Assembly: GCA_002269645.1 (NCBI GenBank)
Contig: NIVC01003554.1
Span: forward strand, 27,695 to 91,694
Direction of reading: 5' to 3'
Length of the DNA: 64,000 nt
DNA from: Macrostomum lignano
Taxonomy: Eukaryota
Shown: positions 24,898 to 37,226 of the stretch, in pieces
Position numbering within the stretch: position 1 is the stretch's first letter
How the letters are laid out: each line of letters opens with the position of its first letter
Notes under the pieces: model-generated
The model's database searches: none
What the model was told of the DNA's origin: nothing
The model's input: the letters and a program-made list of their open reading frames with translations, nothing else
Translations under genes and position numbers: made by a program

Positions 24898-25170
24898 GGG
24901 GGCTGTGGTTAGAGCGTCGGACTCACGACTTGAAGGTTGGGGGTTCGATTCCCGATCCCACTGGAATAATTAGTGTCCTTGAGCAAGACACTTAACTCTG
25001 CATTGCTTCAGTTCACCCAGCTGTAAAATGGGTGCCAGCATTAGCTGGGGTAATTGAGGGTGTGTGGCGACCCCCCAGTCCTTGGATTGAACAGCCCGCC
25101 GTACGTAGCCTTCAGGTGCGCCGCGCCATAGTCCATTTAGAGCAGGTGTAATCTATCATTATTATTATCA
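24898..25170 (+). mobile_element. tRNA-derived SINE with CORE-like central domain, copy 2
   Basis: TGGTTAGAGCG A-box-like head, B box 24942-24952, CORE-like block 24973-25032, (ATT)n tail. Confidence 0.85.
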
Positions 25171-25447
25171 CAGGAGATGCTGATATCTTAGACTAGATAA
25201 CTGACTTTCAGGGCTTGATGCTTCTTGGTTTTAAATATAGATCATTGAGCTTTGTTGAAGAGTTGTTACTCCAGCTCCTGCCTTCTAAGTCTCCTTGCAC
25301 AATCTCCTACATCATTAATGATTAATTAAGGAGTAGAACTGATCAGGCACAAGAAGATTTCTTTTTAAGTCTCCATTCCGCTCTGCATAAAATAAACAGC
25401 GCAACTCCCAATACGAGAAAGCAGCTTCTAGTCTACACGCAGACAAA

Positions 25448-28400
25448 ATGGACGTTGAGCTTGGACATCGTCCAACAATATTCGAGCCGGGCACTTATCC
25501 TCGGCACTACTTCAAGCCCAGTCGGCTATCCGACTATGTTCGAGACGAGCCAGTGCTCTATTCGCACCAGGTGTTCTTGCACGCCTCCAGACTAATGAGA
25601 GCCATGGCTGGCGGTGGCGGCGCTGGAGGTGGCGGCGCCGGTTCGAGACCGGTTTCTACTAATCCGCTGGCGGCGCCGCAGAACACGATGGTCCGAGGGG
25701 CGAGCGGGACCAGCCCCTATCCTGGCAACGTGCCAGATCCCTACAGCCGACATGCGCACAGCCAGCGAGACAAAATAATGGCCGGCGCAATGGACCAAAT
25801 TCAGTTTGAGGATAAACGAGAGAAAAAGCTCACTTATACTCTGGCCCTGGAGACTATAAAATGTGAGAAACGTTGATAACTATTAAAGAGCCGATATGTA
25901 TCGAAATACATCCTACTGAGACGTAGAGAAAAAAATTCTGTTAAAGCCGATATGTATTGAAGATGGTCAAACTTCAGAGACAAATATGTATCGAAATACA
26001 TTTAGGGAGCCGAAATGTTTCAAAGTTAGTTAAAATTAGGAGCCGATATGTTTCGAAAGTACTTAAAATTCAATAGCCAATATACATAAAAATTACTGAA
26101 AGTTTAAGGGCCGATATGTATCGAAATTACTCTAATTTAGGGAGCCGATATGTTTCGAAAATACTTAAAATTAAATAGCCAAAATACATTCAAATTATTA
26201 AAAGTTTAGGGGCCGATATGTATCGAAATTATCGTAAAATGTATCGAAACATTAAAAATTAGGGCCCATATACATAGAGTGTAGCTTTTATTAGAATTTC
26301 GACAGAATCCACGGAAACGCTGATAAAAGAGGATATCTATTGAAAATATATGTAGAGTTCAGATGAAAAAAATTTAAATTTTATTACAATCCATGCAACA
26401 AATTTATATATAGAATCAGAAAGAAAAACTTATAGAAGCCGATATGTATCGAAACAAATGTAACGCCGGATGTTAAAAAATCTATTCCAATTACAGTGAG
26501 TTCAGTGCTAGACAAACTGTTGGACTCGGTCACATTCTTTGTCAACTTTCCAGAGGTATGTCTGTATAAAATAGTCTGATTTTGCTTACCTAATTAATAC
26601 CTAACGAATGCAGACACTTCAGGGACGGATTTGAAGGCGTCCAGTATTTTCGTCAGTTTTTTAAAAGCAGAAGATTTTAATAAGTAAAATTATTTTTAAG
26701 GGAATATTAAATGCAGCGTATAAAAATCAATTAATTCACTAGTGCAAAAACAAATTTATATGTTCAACCTAGAATATACTTATAATTTTGGTTACTTGTT
26801 ACTAACAGTAAAACTGATATGCGATTTGCTATTAAAAAACGACATGAAGTTACACGGAATGTATAAATTAACAAAATGGGATAACTAAAAGTTTAATTGT
26901 CTAGAATTGGTTTTCAGTGTGACAATCTTGGAGTGATTCTCGTGTGTGACAATCTTGGAGTGATTCTTTGGTTACAATCTTGGAGTGATTCTCAAGTTGA
27001 CGATCATGGTCTGATTCTTAGTGTGACAATCTTGGAGTGATTCTCAAGTTGACGATCATGGTCTGATTCTTAGTGTGACAATCTTGGAGTGATTCTCAGT
27101 CTGACAATCTTGGAGTGATTCTCAAGTTGACGATCATGGTCTGATTCTTAGTGTGACAATCTTGGAGTGATTCTCAAGTTGACGATCATGGTCTGATTCT
27201 TAGTGTGACAATCTTGGAGTGATTCTCAGTCTGACAATCTTGGAGTGATTCTCAAGTTGACGATCATGGTCTGATTCTTAGTGTGACAATCTTGGAGTGA
27301 TTCTCAAGTTGACGATCATGGTCTGATTCTTAGTGTGACAATCTTGGAGTGATTCTCAGTCTGACAATCTTGGAGTGATTCTCAAGTTGACGATCATGGT
27401 CTGATTCTTAGTGTGACAATCTTGGAGTGATTCTCAAGTTGACGATCATGGTCTGATTCTTAGTGTGACAATCTTGGAGTGATTCTCAGTCTGACAATCT
27501 TGGAGTGATTCTCAAGTTGACGATCATGGTCTGATTCTTAGTGTGACAATCTTGGAGTGATTCTCAAGTTGACGATCATGGTCTGATTCTTAGTGTGACA
27601 ATCTTGGAGTGATTCTCAGTCTGACAATCTTGGAGTGATTCTCAAGTTGACGATCATGGTCTGATTCTTAGTGTTACAATCTTGGAGTGATTCTCAAGTT
27701 GACGATCATGGTCTGATTCTTAGTGTGACAATCTTGGAGTGATTCTCAAGTTGACGATCATGGTCTGATTCTTAGTGTGACAATCTTGGAGTGATTCTCA
27801 GTCTGACAATCTTGGAGTGATTCTCAAGTTGACGATCATGGTCTGATTCTTAGTGTGACAATCTTGGAGTGATTCTCAAGTTGACGATCATGGTCTGATT
27901 CTTAGTGTGACAATCTTGGAGTGATTCTCAGTCTGACAATCTTGGAGTGATTCTTATGTATTGAGAATGTCGGAGTGATTCTCAGTGTGACAATCTTGGA
28001 GTGATTCTCAAGTTGACGATCATGGTCTGATTCTTAGTGTGACAATCTTGGAGTGATTCTTATGTGTGACAATGTCGGAGTGATTCTCAGTGTGATAATG
28101 TTGGAGCAATTACTAGATTCACAGCTGTCATAAAACTGTCAATCATAACCTAGACGCCCTTGCCTGCCCGCAGCTGGCAGCCGACAAGGAACTTGTGCAC
28201 ATCATCGCTTGCGATTTCATATCTCGCAAATTTCAAAAGCGCAAGCCCCTACCAGGAGAAGAGCTGGACCAGCGCTGCCAAGAGATCGAACGCAGCCTGC
28301 AGGAGATTATGATTAAATTGCAAGCGGCATTGGCTAAGATTCGAATCAAGCTAGGAGTGAGCAGCATCAGTCAAATGTTATCAACCGAGTGCAACAGAAC

Positions 28401-31400
28401 CGAACAGATGGCCTCGAAGATACCCGTGTACGCCTGGGTCAACCAGCTCAAGATGCAGCAATTCGAAGTGCTGGATAAGTTGCAGCGCCAAGGACTGCAG
28501 TTTGTGCGCAAAAATAAGAATTTGGAGATGAAAGAATTTGGACTGTGCCGACAGTGCCCAGATCTGATTATCTTTGCCTCCGGTTTGAGAGAAATGGTCG
28601 AGAGGATGCAACTGGTGGCAGATAATGTGCTCATTGTTCAGGTGCTTTAAATAGCTAAATAAAAACTGTTTTTTGGTTAGCAGACTTGATGGAAAGGGTA
28701 GCAGTGGAGGAATAGTGGTTAAGGTAGCAATGGCTGAATGAGGGTTGGGGTAGGAGTAGGGGAATGGGGGTTGGGTTAGCAATGGAGGAATGAGGGTTGG
28801 GGTAGGAGTAGGGGAATGGGGGTTGGGTTAGCAATGGAGGAATGAGGGTTGGGGTAGCAGTGGAGGAACAGGGGTTAAGGTAGCAGTGGGGGAATGGGGG
28901 TTGGGGTAGCAGTGGGGGATGGGGGTTGAGGTAGCAATGGCTGAATGAGGGTTGGGGTAGGAGTAGGGGAATGGGGGTTGGGTTAGCAATGGAGGAATGA
29001 GGGTTGGGGTAGGAGTAGGGGAATGGGGGTTGGGTTAGCAATGGAGGAATGAGGGTTGGGGTAGCAGTGGAGGAATATTGGTTAAGGTAGCAGTGGAGGA
29101 ATGAGGGTTGGGGTAGCAGTGGAGGAATGGCGGTTGGGACAGCAGTGGAGGAATGGGGGTTGGAGTAGGAGTAGGGGAATGGGGGTTGGGGTAGCAGTGG
29201 GAGGATGGATGAGGTGGTAGTGAAAGATAGGAGCAAAGTTGGTAGAGAAAAAGTATATATTACGTAAATATAACATAACAAGAAAAAATTGCCTCCTAAC
29301 AAATCTCCCTAAAAGGACAAGACAACAAGCTTAGCAGTTCACAGTCTCGTGAAAAATGTATTCGATGACGAAGAAGTACTGATCGTGAATCCTAGCTCTG
29401 TGTGGACAGCAATTCACGTTGAGAATCTGTTGAAGATGCGCAACTACAAGTCTCCAGTAGTCAAGGTGTTTAAAAAATGCACGCCAGATCAACTAGAAGA
29501 GGTTCAGCAGGCGCTCTTAAGCTCGGGATCCGACAGTGAGTAATTCCACAGCATTAACCATGGTTTTTTAATTCATCAGCCCTACAATCCTTAAATCATC
29601 AACACCACAATCCCTGAATCGTCAACTCTACAATCCCTAAATCATCAACCCTAAAATCCTAGATCATCAATCCTACAATCCTTAAATCATCAACCCCACA
29701 ATCCCTGAATCGTCAACTCTACAATCCCTAAATCATCAACCCTAAAATCCTAGATCATCAATCCTACAATCCTTAAATCATCAACCCCACAATCCCTGAA
29801 TCGTCAACTCTACAATCCCTAAATCATCAACCCTAAAATCCTAGATCATCAACCCTACAGTCCTTAAATCATCAACCCTAAAATCCTAGATCATCAGCCC
29901 TACAATCCTTAAATCATCAACCCCACAATCCCTGAATCGTCAACTCTACAATCCTTAAATCATCAACCCTAAAATCCTAGATCATCAATCCTACAATCCT
30001 TAAATCATCAACCCTACAATCCTAGATCATCAATCCTACAATCCTTAAATCATCAACCCCACAATCCCTGAATCGTCAACTCTACAATCCCTAAATCATC
30101 AACCCTAAAATCCTAGATCATCAATCCTACAATCCTTAAATCATCAACCCTACAATCCCTAAATCATCAACCCTAAAATCCTAGATCATCAATCCTACAA
30201 TCCTTAAATCATCAACCCCACAATCCCTGAATCGTCAACTCTACAATCCCTAAATCATCAACTCTACAATCCCTAAATCATCAACCCTAAAATCCTAGAT
30301 CATCAATCCTACAATCCTTAAATCATCAACCCTACAATCCTTAAATCATCAGCCCACAATCAAAGTAAATCATCAACCCTACAAGCTCTAAATCATCAAT
30401 CTTGCAATCCCTAAATCATCAGCAATACAATCTCTAAATCATGAACACCATAGAGTCCGAAATCACTCAAGGCTCATTAGATATACACAGCCATCAAATC
30501 AGGCCAGTTTTTAGATATCTGGCCTGATATGCCCAATAAAATTTATTTTATAACAGCCATTTGATTCTATAGATCAACTGATGGCAGTGAACGAGCCGTT
30601 AAATAAAACTGAAGTACTATTTGAATCGACACCTGATTACCAAAACAGTATTTACCTGCTTTACTGCTTTATTCATTCCATCTCCCAGGAATTCAATTCT
30701 ACAACGAGAACATCACAAGCATCCCAATCATGGAGGACAAACTCAAGCACGTTCGTCACGCCCTGGTCGAGGCCAAGTGCTCCAGATCCGGGATCATTAA
30801 TCCCATAGACTACCTGGTGAACGAAGGCGGCGATATCGAACTAATACTCGACTACACCAAACGACTGTTGCAAGACAGCAAACCGACAAACTATTTGCAA
30901 TTAAAATTTCAAACTTTGCAAACGCTTAAGCACGTGCTTGGATGTGAGTTGGCTTTTATTGAATGTGCTGGTAAACATAGGTGCAAGAGAAAACATGTGG
31001 CAAGGTAGGAAGGACACCAAAGTTTGATAAAGGAGATTGAAGTTTGGTATTAGGGATTCTAACGCTGGATCCCGGGATCTCGAAACTCCGAAATCCGGTA
31101 CAATCCCAGGACTGGAACACCCAGGTGAGATGGGAAACCGAAGAGTGACGTGAGTTAAAAGATCGACAGATAAGATCGGAAACAGAAAAGTGAGATACAA
31201 TTCAATACGAACTTAGATGATGCTATGGTGTCTTCAAAATTTACGTTGCACTAAAGCGAAATGCTTAGAGGCCTAAAGAGATTTTGATTTGTGATTCTTA
31301 AACCACGCAGCTGGTAGACTCCGATCGGCAGTGTACCTAACCAGATCGATCTACGACGAAGAAAACGAACACATCGTAGACATCGCTCTGGACGCCATGA

Positions 31401-34180
31401 ATCGACTTCACGTCCGCGATCGCAAAGATCCATTCGACGTGGCGCCAACTAACTTGGCCATCTCCGGACAGGATATTGACGACAAGGACGTCATCAACGG
31501 GCACTATATCAAGATACCGCCATCCGGGAATAGCAACGGCTGCTTTGTGGCTCTCATTATCCGACAGGTGAGCAGGGAGATATAATAAGATTAGGAAGTT
31601 CATGAAGGGCTGGAGTTTAGCTACAATACAGTCTATCTACTGATAATAACGTCAATCAACACTGTCTCTCTTCTCGTAAACAGCCGCGCGAACAAGCGGA
31701 GATGGCAGGCATTCTGAATCGTTGCAAAGAGAAAGGCCTAGTTGACTACACCGAGACCGAAGACAACAGGCTGCCGAAGAGCAAGAAAAAGGGCAAGAAA
31801 GGTCGGGAAAGCATTTTTTAAGTGTTGTTCTATCTCAAAATGAACTATAAATTTTATTTTTAATATTGCTCATCATTTCCTAATAATAGATAACTCATTC
31901 GAACACAGTGATTTAATATTTATGCTCAGTCACCCGTTGATTTAATCCTTATCATTAAATGCTTAAATAGATGTTACACTTATGTTGAGAATTACACAAG
32001 TCAACAGACCACTATTAACAGTACTGAGATTAGAATTTTTTAAATCCCATGCAGGGTGTCTTCATTGAATCTCTCTGCTGCAGCCCCCCTCCCACCTCGA
32101 AACCTCCAGGACCTTCGAAAAAACTTCTGAAAAACTCGCAATTACAGTTTTTTTAGAAGCAAAAGTTGATGTCCTTAATTTGTGTACTTTGCAGAGACAT
32201 ATATCAGTCCGATTTGTAGAAGCAAATTAATCTGAAACATTAATGCCATAATTATCAAAATACATTAGCCCGCCAGCAACTCACACTGTCTGCCGGGCAT
32301 CATTCGTCGCCGGGTAACGCCAGCGACCTCTTAGAGCCGGCCTTCAGCTTTGGCAAAGGCGGCGGCAATATGCCAACACAGCAACAGAGACAGCACCAGC
32401 CAGGACCCTACGCGGCCATGCAAGCCGCGTCAGCAAATGCTGCTGAATTCACCCATAGTGGAACAGCTGTTGGTAGAAGGAGGCCAAGCATTGTTGGCCA
32501 TGGCGGTGGTATTGGTTCTGCGCCACTAGCTGCTGGGAAGGTAAACTGAGAACTCTGCATCGGCGAATGCATGCACCAACAGTACTATGGACTTAACAAG
32601 ACGCTTGCGAATGCACAGGAATCACCGTTCAGGCTAGTTAGTAAAAAATTGAGTTTAGAAAGCAGAGCCACTAATTAGTGATGAGAGAATTCAGAAAAAT
32701 AAGGGTAACTACATGGAGAGAATCGAGGGAAATGAGAGGCTAAATAAGAGAAATACTCGTAAAGAAGAAAAGAAAGGAGACAAAATGAGAAGTTGGTGAG
32801 GGGAGAATAGACAAAATGAGAAGGGATGAGGGTAGAATGGACAAAATGAGAAGGGGGTTAGGGGAGAATGGACGAAATGAGAAGGGGTGGGGAAGAATGG
32901 ACGAAATGAGAAGGGGGTGAGGGGAGAATGGACGAAATGAGAAGGGAGTGAGGGGAGAATGGACGAAATGAGAAGGGGTGAGGGGAGAATGGACGAAATG
33001 AGAAGGGGTGAGGGGAGAATGGACGAAATGAAAAGGGGGTGAGGGGAGAATGGACGAAATAAAAAGGGGGTGAGGGGAGAATGGACGAAATGAGAAGGGG
33101 TGAGGGGAGAATGGACGAAATGAAAAGGGGGTGAGGGGAGAATGGACGAAATAAAAAGGGGGTGAGGGGAGAATGGACGAAATGAGAAGGGGTGGGGAAG
33201 AATGGACGAAATGAGAAGGGGGTGAGGGGAGAATGGACGAAATGAGAAGGGAGTGAGGGGAGAATGGACGAAATGAGAAGGGGTGAGGGGAGAATGGACG
33301 AAATGAGAAGGGGTGAGGGAGAATGGACGAAATGAAAAGGGGAATGGACGAAATGAAAAAGGGGAGAGAATGGACGAAATAAAAAGGGGGTGAGGGGAGA
33401 ATGGACGAAATGAGAAGGGGTGAGGGGAGAATGGACGAAATGAAAAGGGGGTGAGGGGAGAATGGACGAAATAAAAAGGGGGTGAGGGGAGAATGGACGA
33501 AATGAGAAGGGGGTGAAGGGAGAATGGACAAAATGAGAATCAAGGAGATGCCTGACAGTAAGCTACAGGAAGGTAATAGAACTGCACCTGCATGTTTTGA
33601 CAATTTATAAGCAGTTTTGAGTAAGCATGTTCATCACAGAATTTATCAAATTAGTTTATTAAATAAGTTTATCAAAGTGCTAAAAGTATTCTGATTTATT
33701 ACATAGCTACTTGTGTTGACCCAGCAAGAATTACCATGTCGTGAGGTGTCCAAATGCAAAAGATCTGAATTTACATAGTATTTTTCTATTATTAGGTATC
33801 ACCTATGTATCCAATTCTTGCTTTTGAATGATGCACACAAATTTTCTTTATAGCCAGTGCTTACAATACTACTTAATCACTCAAACATTGCATATGATTT
33901 TTGAAACCTGATTTATTATTTGATAATTAGGCTACTATTGACATCCACTTTGGTAACCTTAACATTCAACCCTAAAACCTAAACAAATGCCATTATGTGT
34001 AAAAAAATAAAAGTTTTAAATAAAAATCAATTCTAATCAGATTGATAAAAAACTATTGGATTTTCTATCTAATGATAAACTTTGTAATAATTTCAGGAGA
34101 CAAGAAGAGAAGAAAGGAGGACAAGTCTGACCCCAAAGCTGAGGGTCACCTTCAATACCAATCAGCTAATGGAGTCCTAA
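25448..34180 (+). CDS. NSUN7: NSUN7-like RNA m5C methyltransferase-family protein, 715 aa; exons 25448-25862, 26497-26555, 28174-28641, 29316-29535, 30689-30943, 31311-31567, 31684-31801, 32269-32540, 34097-34180
   Basis: Blocks KLQAALAKIRIK, IPVYAWVNQLK, Q|DKTTSLAVHSL, EAKCSRSGIINPIDYLVNEGGD, VYLTRSIYDEENE and NGCFVALI follow the NSUN7 order. Splice phases are consistent (2148 nt). The last two exons are low-complexity and less certain. Confidence 0.88.
25890..26260. repeat. Degenerate ~37-bp repeat in NSUN7 intron 1
   Basis: Recurrent GCCGATATGT(A/T)TCGAAA. Confidence 0.7.
26915..28105. repeat. 26-bp satellite with 130-bp five-monomer higher-order repeat, NSUN7 intron 2
   Basis: Monomers GTGTGACAATCTTGGAGTGATTCTCA, AGTTGACGATCATGGTCTGATTCTTA and GTCTGACAATCTTGGAGTGATTCTCA. 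Confidence 0.93.
28700..29215. repeat. G-rich 26/52-bp minisatellite, NSUN7 intron 3
   Basis: Unit GAGGGTTGGGGTAGGAGTAGGGGAATGGGGGTTGGGTTAGCAATGGAGGAAT. Confidence 0.88.
29575..30440. repeat. 22-23-bp minisatellite, NSUN7 intron 4
   Basis: Unit TAAATCATCAACCCTACAATCC(T/C) and variants. Confidence 0.9.
32780..33540. repeat. 30-31-bp purine-rich minisatellite, NSUN7 intron 8
   Basis: Unit GAGAATGGACGAAATGAGAAGGGGTGAGGG(G). Confidence 0.92.
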
Positions 34181-36599
34181 CCAATACAACTGAATGATTA
34201 ACATTTTTTATTCAACAACATTTTTTTTTTGCTTTTTTACCCTTATATATGCAGCTTATAATTGAAGTAAAAACACAAACTAAAAATATACTGGCAATTG
34301 AAAAGCTGCCAAACTAGAATTTCAATGGTTATAAGCCTAGTTTAAGATAAAAATGAAAGCAAATATATAGTATAGTAACTCTTAGGAGTATTAGCATCCC
34401 TCAATCTAAATCTGTAACTATTATTTGCGAACTAAACAAAATCAAGTATATTTAAATACATGAAATTAAAAGATAAACTTCCTTCATATTTCATTTTAAA
34501 ATTTCAACTATCTATATAACTAAACTTCACTTATTTATACTCTAAATCTAAAAAGGTACTAAACCTAAGTCCTAAGTAAGTTTATTAGTGATATAACTAT
34601 AGTTTTATAAAAAAACATTTGAATTGACTCTATCTCAATCTCTATGACCCTATCGACTTCTTAAGAATCCCTAATTGCAAATACTAAAATCTTGTTGAGT
34701 ATACTGTACTATTATATATACATGGGAAATGAGATGGCCATGGGAAATTATATATACATGATCGATTAAAGATAACGCTTAAGTACTTAGTAGCATCGCA
34801 TCGCTCTTATTTATTTTATTTAGCGAAAAAAGTTTTTATTCAAAATCTATTAATGGTAAATTCTGCTTGCATTAAAAAGCTGAACACGTGCAAGCATCTT
34901 TTAACGTTCTGCATGAATACAAAAATAATTTACACACTAGTCTATTAGGGCCTTTTACTATTTCTTGAGTGAAAATTGTACTTAACTGGTCGCATACACA
35001 GGGTATTAAAATAAATTTTTGTTTTACTTAAGTAAACCAAAATTAAAAATCGTGCGACGCGTGCTGGATGAAGTGTTGAATTTAAAGATGCTAATTAAAA
35101 ACTGTTATCTTGGAACAAAAATTAAACGAAGCGACAAACTAGACCAAAATCAATAGTTCAAATATTTCCCGAAAATCGAAAATCGTCAGGGATGCACTAG
35201 CTCTTTCTCTCTCTCTCTCTCATGTGTGTGACCGAGACCTTTTTCATGCTCATGTTAATAAATTATAATGCGGCTACGCATGGAATCAAGCTATAGGGAC
35301 TACTCTCTATCCCCACTGGTTAATAAAACTCACTGATGATGATTGGCATTGTTGAATGAAACACATACGTATTAACCCTGCAGCGTGAACAATGTTCCTT
35401 AATTTATTATCATCTTTCCTAACGTACGTACAGTATCAATCATATTTTTGCCGTTACCAGAAAACTGCGGATCGCACAGCGCAGATGAGAATTATGAGAT
35501 GGCCAAGGTGACAGACACAAAAGACTGGAATTCAAGAGTTCGTTCGATCAATTAATTATTCTTAATAACTTAATTCTTAATTCTTAATTCTTAAAGCTAT
35601 TCTTAATAACTTGATTGAATTCAACTAGTTTATTAAGTAAATTTGCGCTGATCTGTGCATGTAAACACGCAACTACACATTAACTTTCTGCTTGAGCTAT
35701 CAGTCCACATGTACATTTAGGTCTTTATTCCTAAATCATATGTTTAGCTATATAGTATTCATCAAATACTGTACGAGTATATTCATGAAGACCGGCCATG
35801 CAGACGGGCATGCAGACTTTATAACCAAAGTTAACTATTTTCTCGAGGTTAAACTCAGTTCATTTAAAAGGAATAAATACTTTTTAGATTCTAAAATCAG
35901 TTAAAAGTTCGCAGCCTAAGTAGCTGTGCGCCTAAATCTTCGGGCTTCAATCTACATGTAGATATAAAGCAAATAATCTGCTTTTAATATTTCAGCCCTG
36001 GCGTATCGTTGTAAGCGCGACAGATGTAAACGAGAGTAAATACCAGCGCATTGCTTTTTATCTCTAGTCTCAGTCAGTGATTGCATGGCATTCGGCACGT
36101 TTTACCGTGCATCTCTTTAACGGATCAACTGTTTTAAAAACACTGCGCTACCATATATATATATAGCTTATATTGTTTATATACATCTTTTACCGTCTAT
36201 ATATCGGGGTTGTCAAATTGTTTACCGCGAATTCGCAACCAATTTGAATTCAGAGTGTCGTGAAAATTTCTAACGAAAATCGCTGTTGCTGCACGAGGTA
36301 ACTATAAACATGGGTAAGTCAGCTATGAGAGCTTTAAAATGAATATAAATAAATAATTTTAATACAAATATTTTTTTGTTTGAGACTAAACATAGTATGC
36401 GCGTAATATCCCATCTGAAGCCTAGCTTTCGACTTCTTTCTCCCAAGCGCCCTGGGTGTCTCTCTCCCTAGCGCTTTGAAGGTTCGTCGCCTTCTAGCTT
36501 TATTTTCTTAGTTTCTAGAGTCTCTTATTTTCTTTAAGTGCCAGTCTTCTGTATACTGTAGCTATCCAAAATCCACCGCCTTCTAGATTTCTAAGATTC

Positions 36600-37050
36600 T
36601 TTGTCTTTTTGATGTACAAGGTCCTCTTCTGTCTTCTAGATTTACAAGGTCCTCTTTCTTCTAGATTTACAAGGTCCTCGATCTGTCTTCTAGATTTACA
36701 AGGTCCTCTGTCTTCTAGATTTACAAGGTCCTCTGTCTTCTAGATTTACAAGGTCCTCTGTCTTCTAGATTTACAAGGTCCTCGATCTGTCTTCTAGATT
36801 TACAAGGTCCTCTGTCTTCTAGATTTACAAGGTCCTCGATCTGTCTTCTAGATTTACAAGGTCCTCTTTTTTACTCTAGATTTACAAGGTCCGCTGTCTT
36901 CTAGATTTACGAGTACAAGGTCCTCTGACTTCTAGATCTACTAGGTCCTCTGTCCTCTAGATATACAAGAACCTCTGTCTTTTAAATGTATGAGGTCCTC
37001 TGTCTTTTAAATGTACAAAATCATCTGTATTTTAGATGTAAAAGGTCCTC
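36600..37050. repeat. 25/29-bp minisatellite upstream of the M13 peptidase
   Basis: Unit TCTAGATTTACAAGGTCCTC(GATC)TGTCT. Confidence 0.88.
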
Positions 37051-37226
37051 TGTCTTCTGGCTATCAGTTTTCCAGCATCCACTGCTTTTTGGGGGAAAGC
37101 AGTTCCAGGGCTCCTTAAACATCCTCCATTATTTTCTGGCTCCTGGTCTTTGGCACTTTCATACTGGATTATTTTCCATACTTCTGCTTCCCTTAAAAAT
37201 CAAACGTTGCAGTACATCTCTTTGAA

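Noticed and set aside
24898-24960. tRNA gene
   Set aside because: It has a B box, but I could not fold a full cloverleaf and it continues into a SINE body shared by three copies.
26915-28105. CRISPR-like appearance of regularly spaced repeats
   Set aside because: No unique spacers, no cas genes, and a eukaryotic intron context.
28770-30300. Telomere-like GGGTTAG / AACCCTAA words in arrays
   Set aside because: Isolated single words, never tandem TTAGGG.
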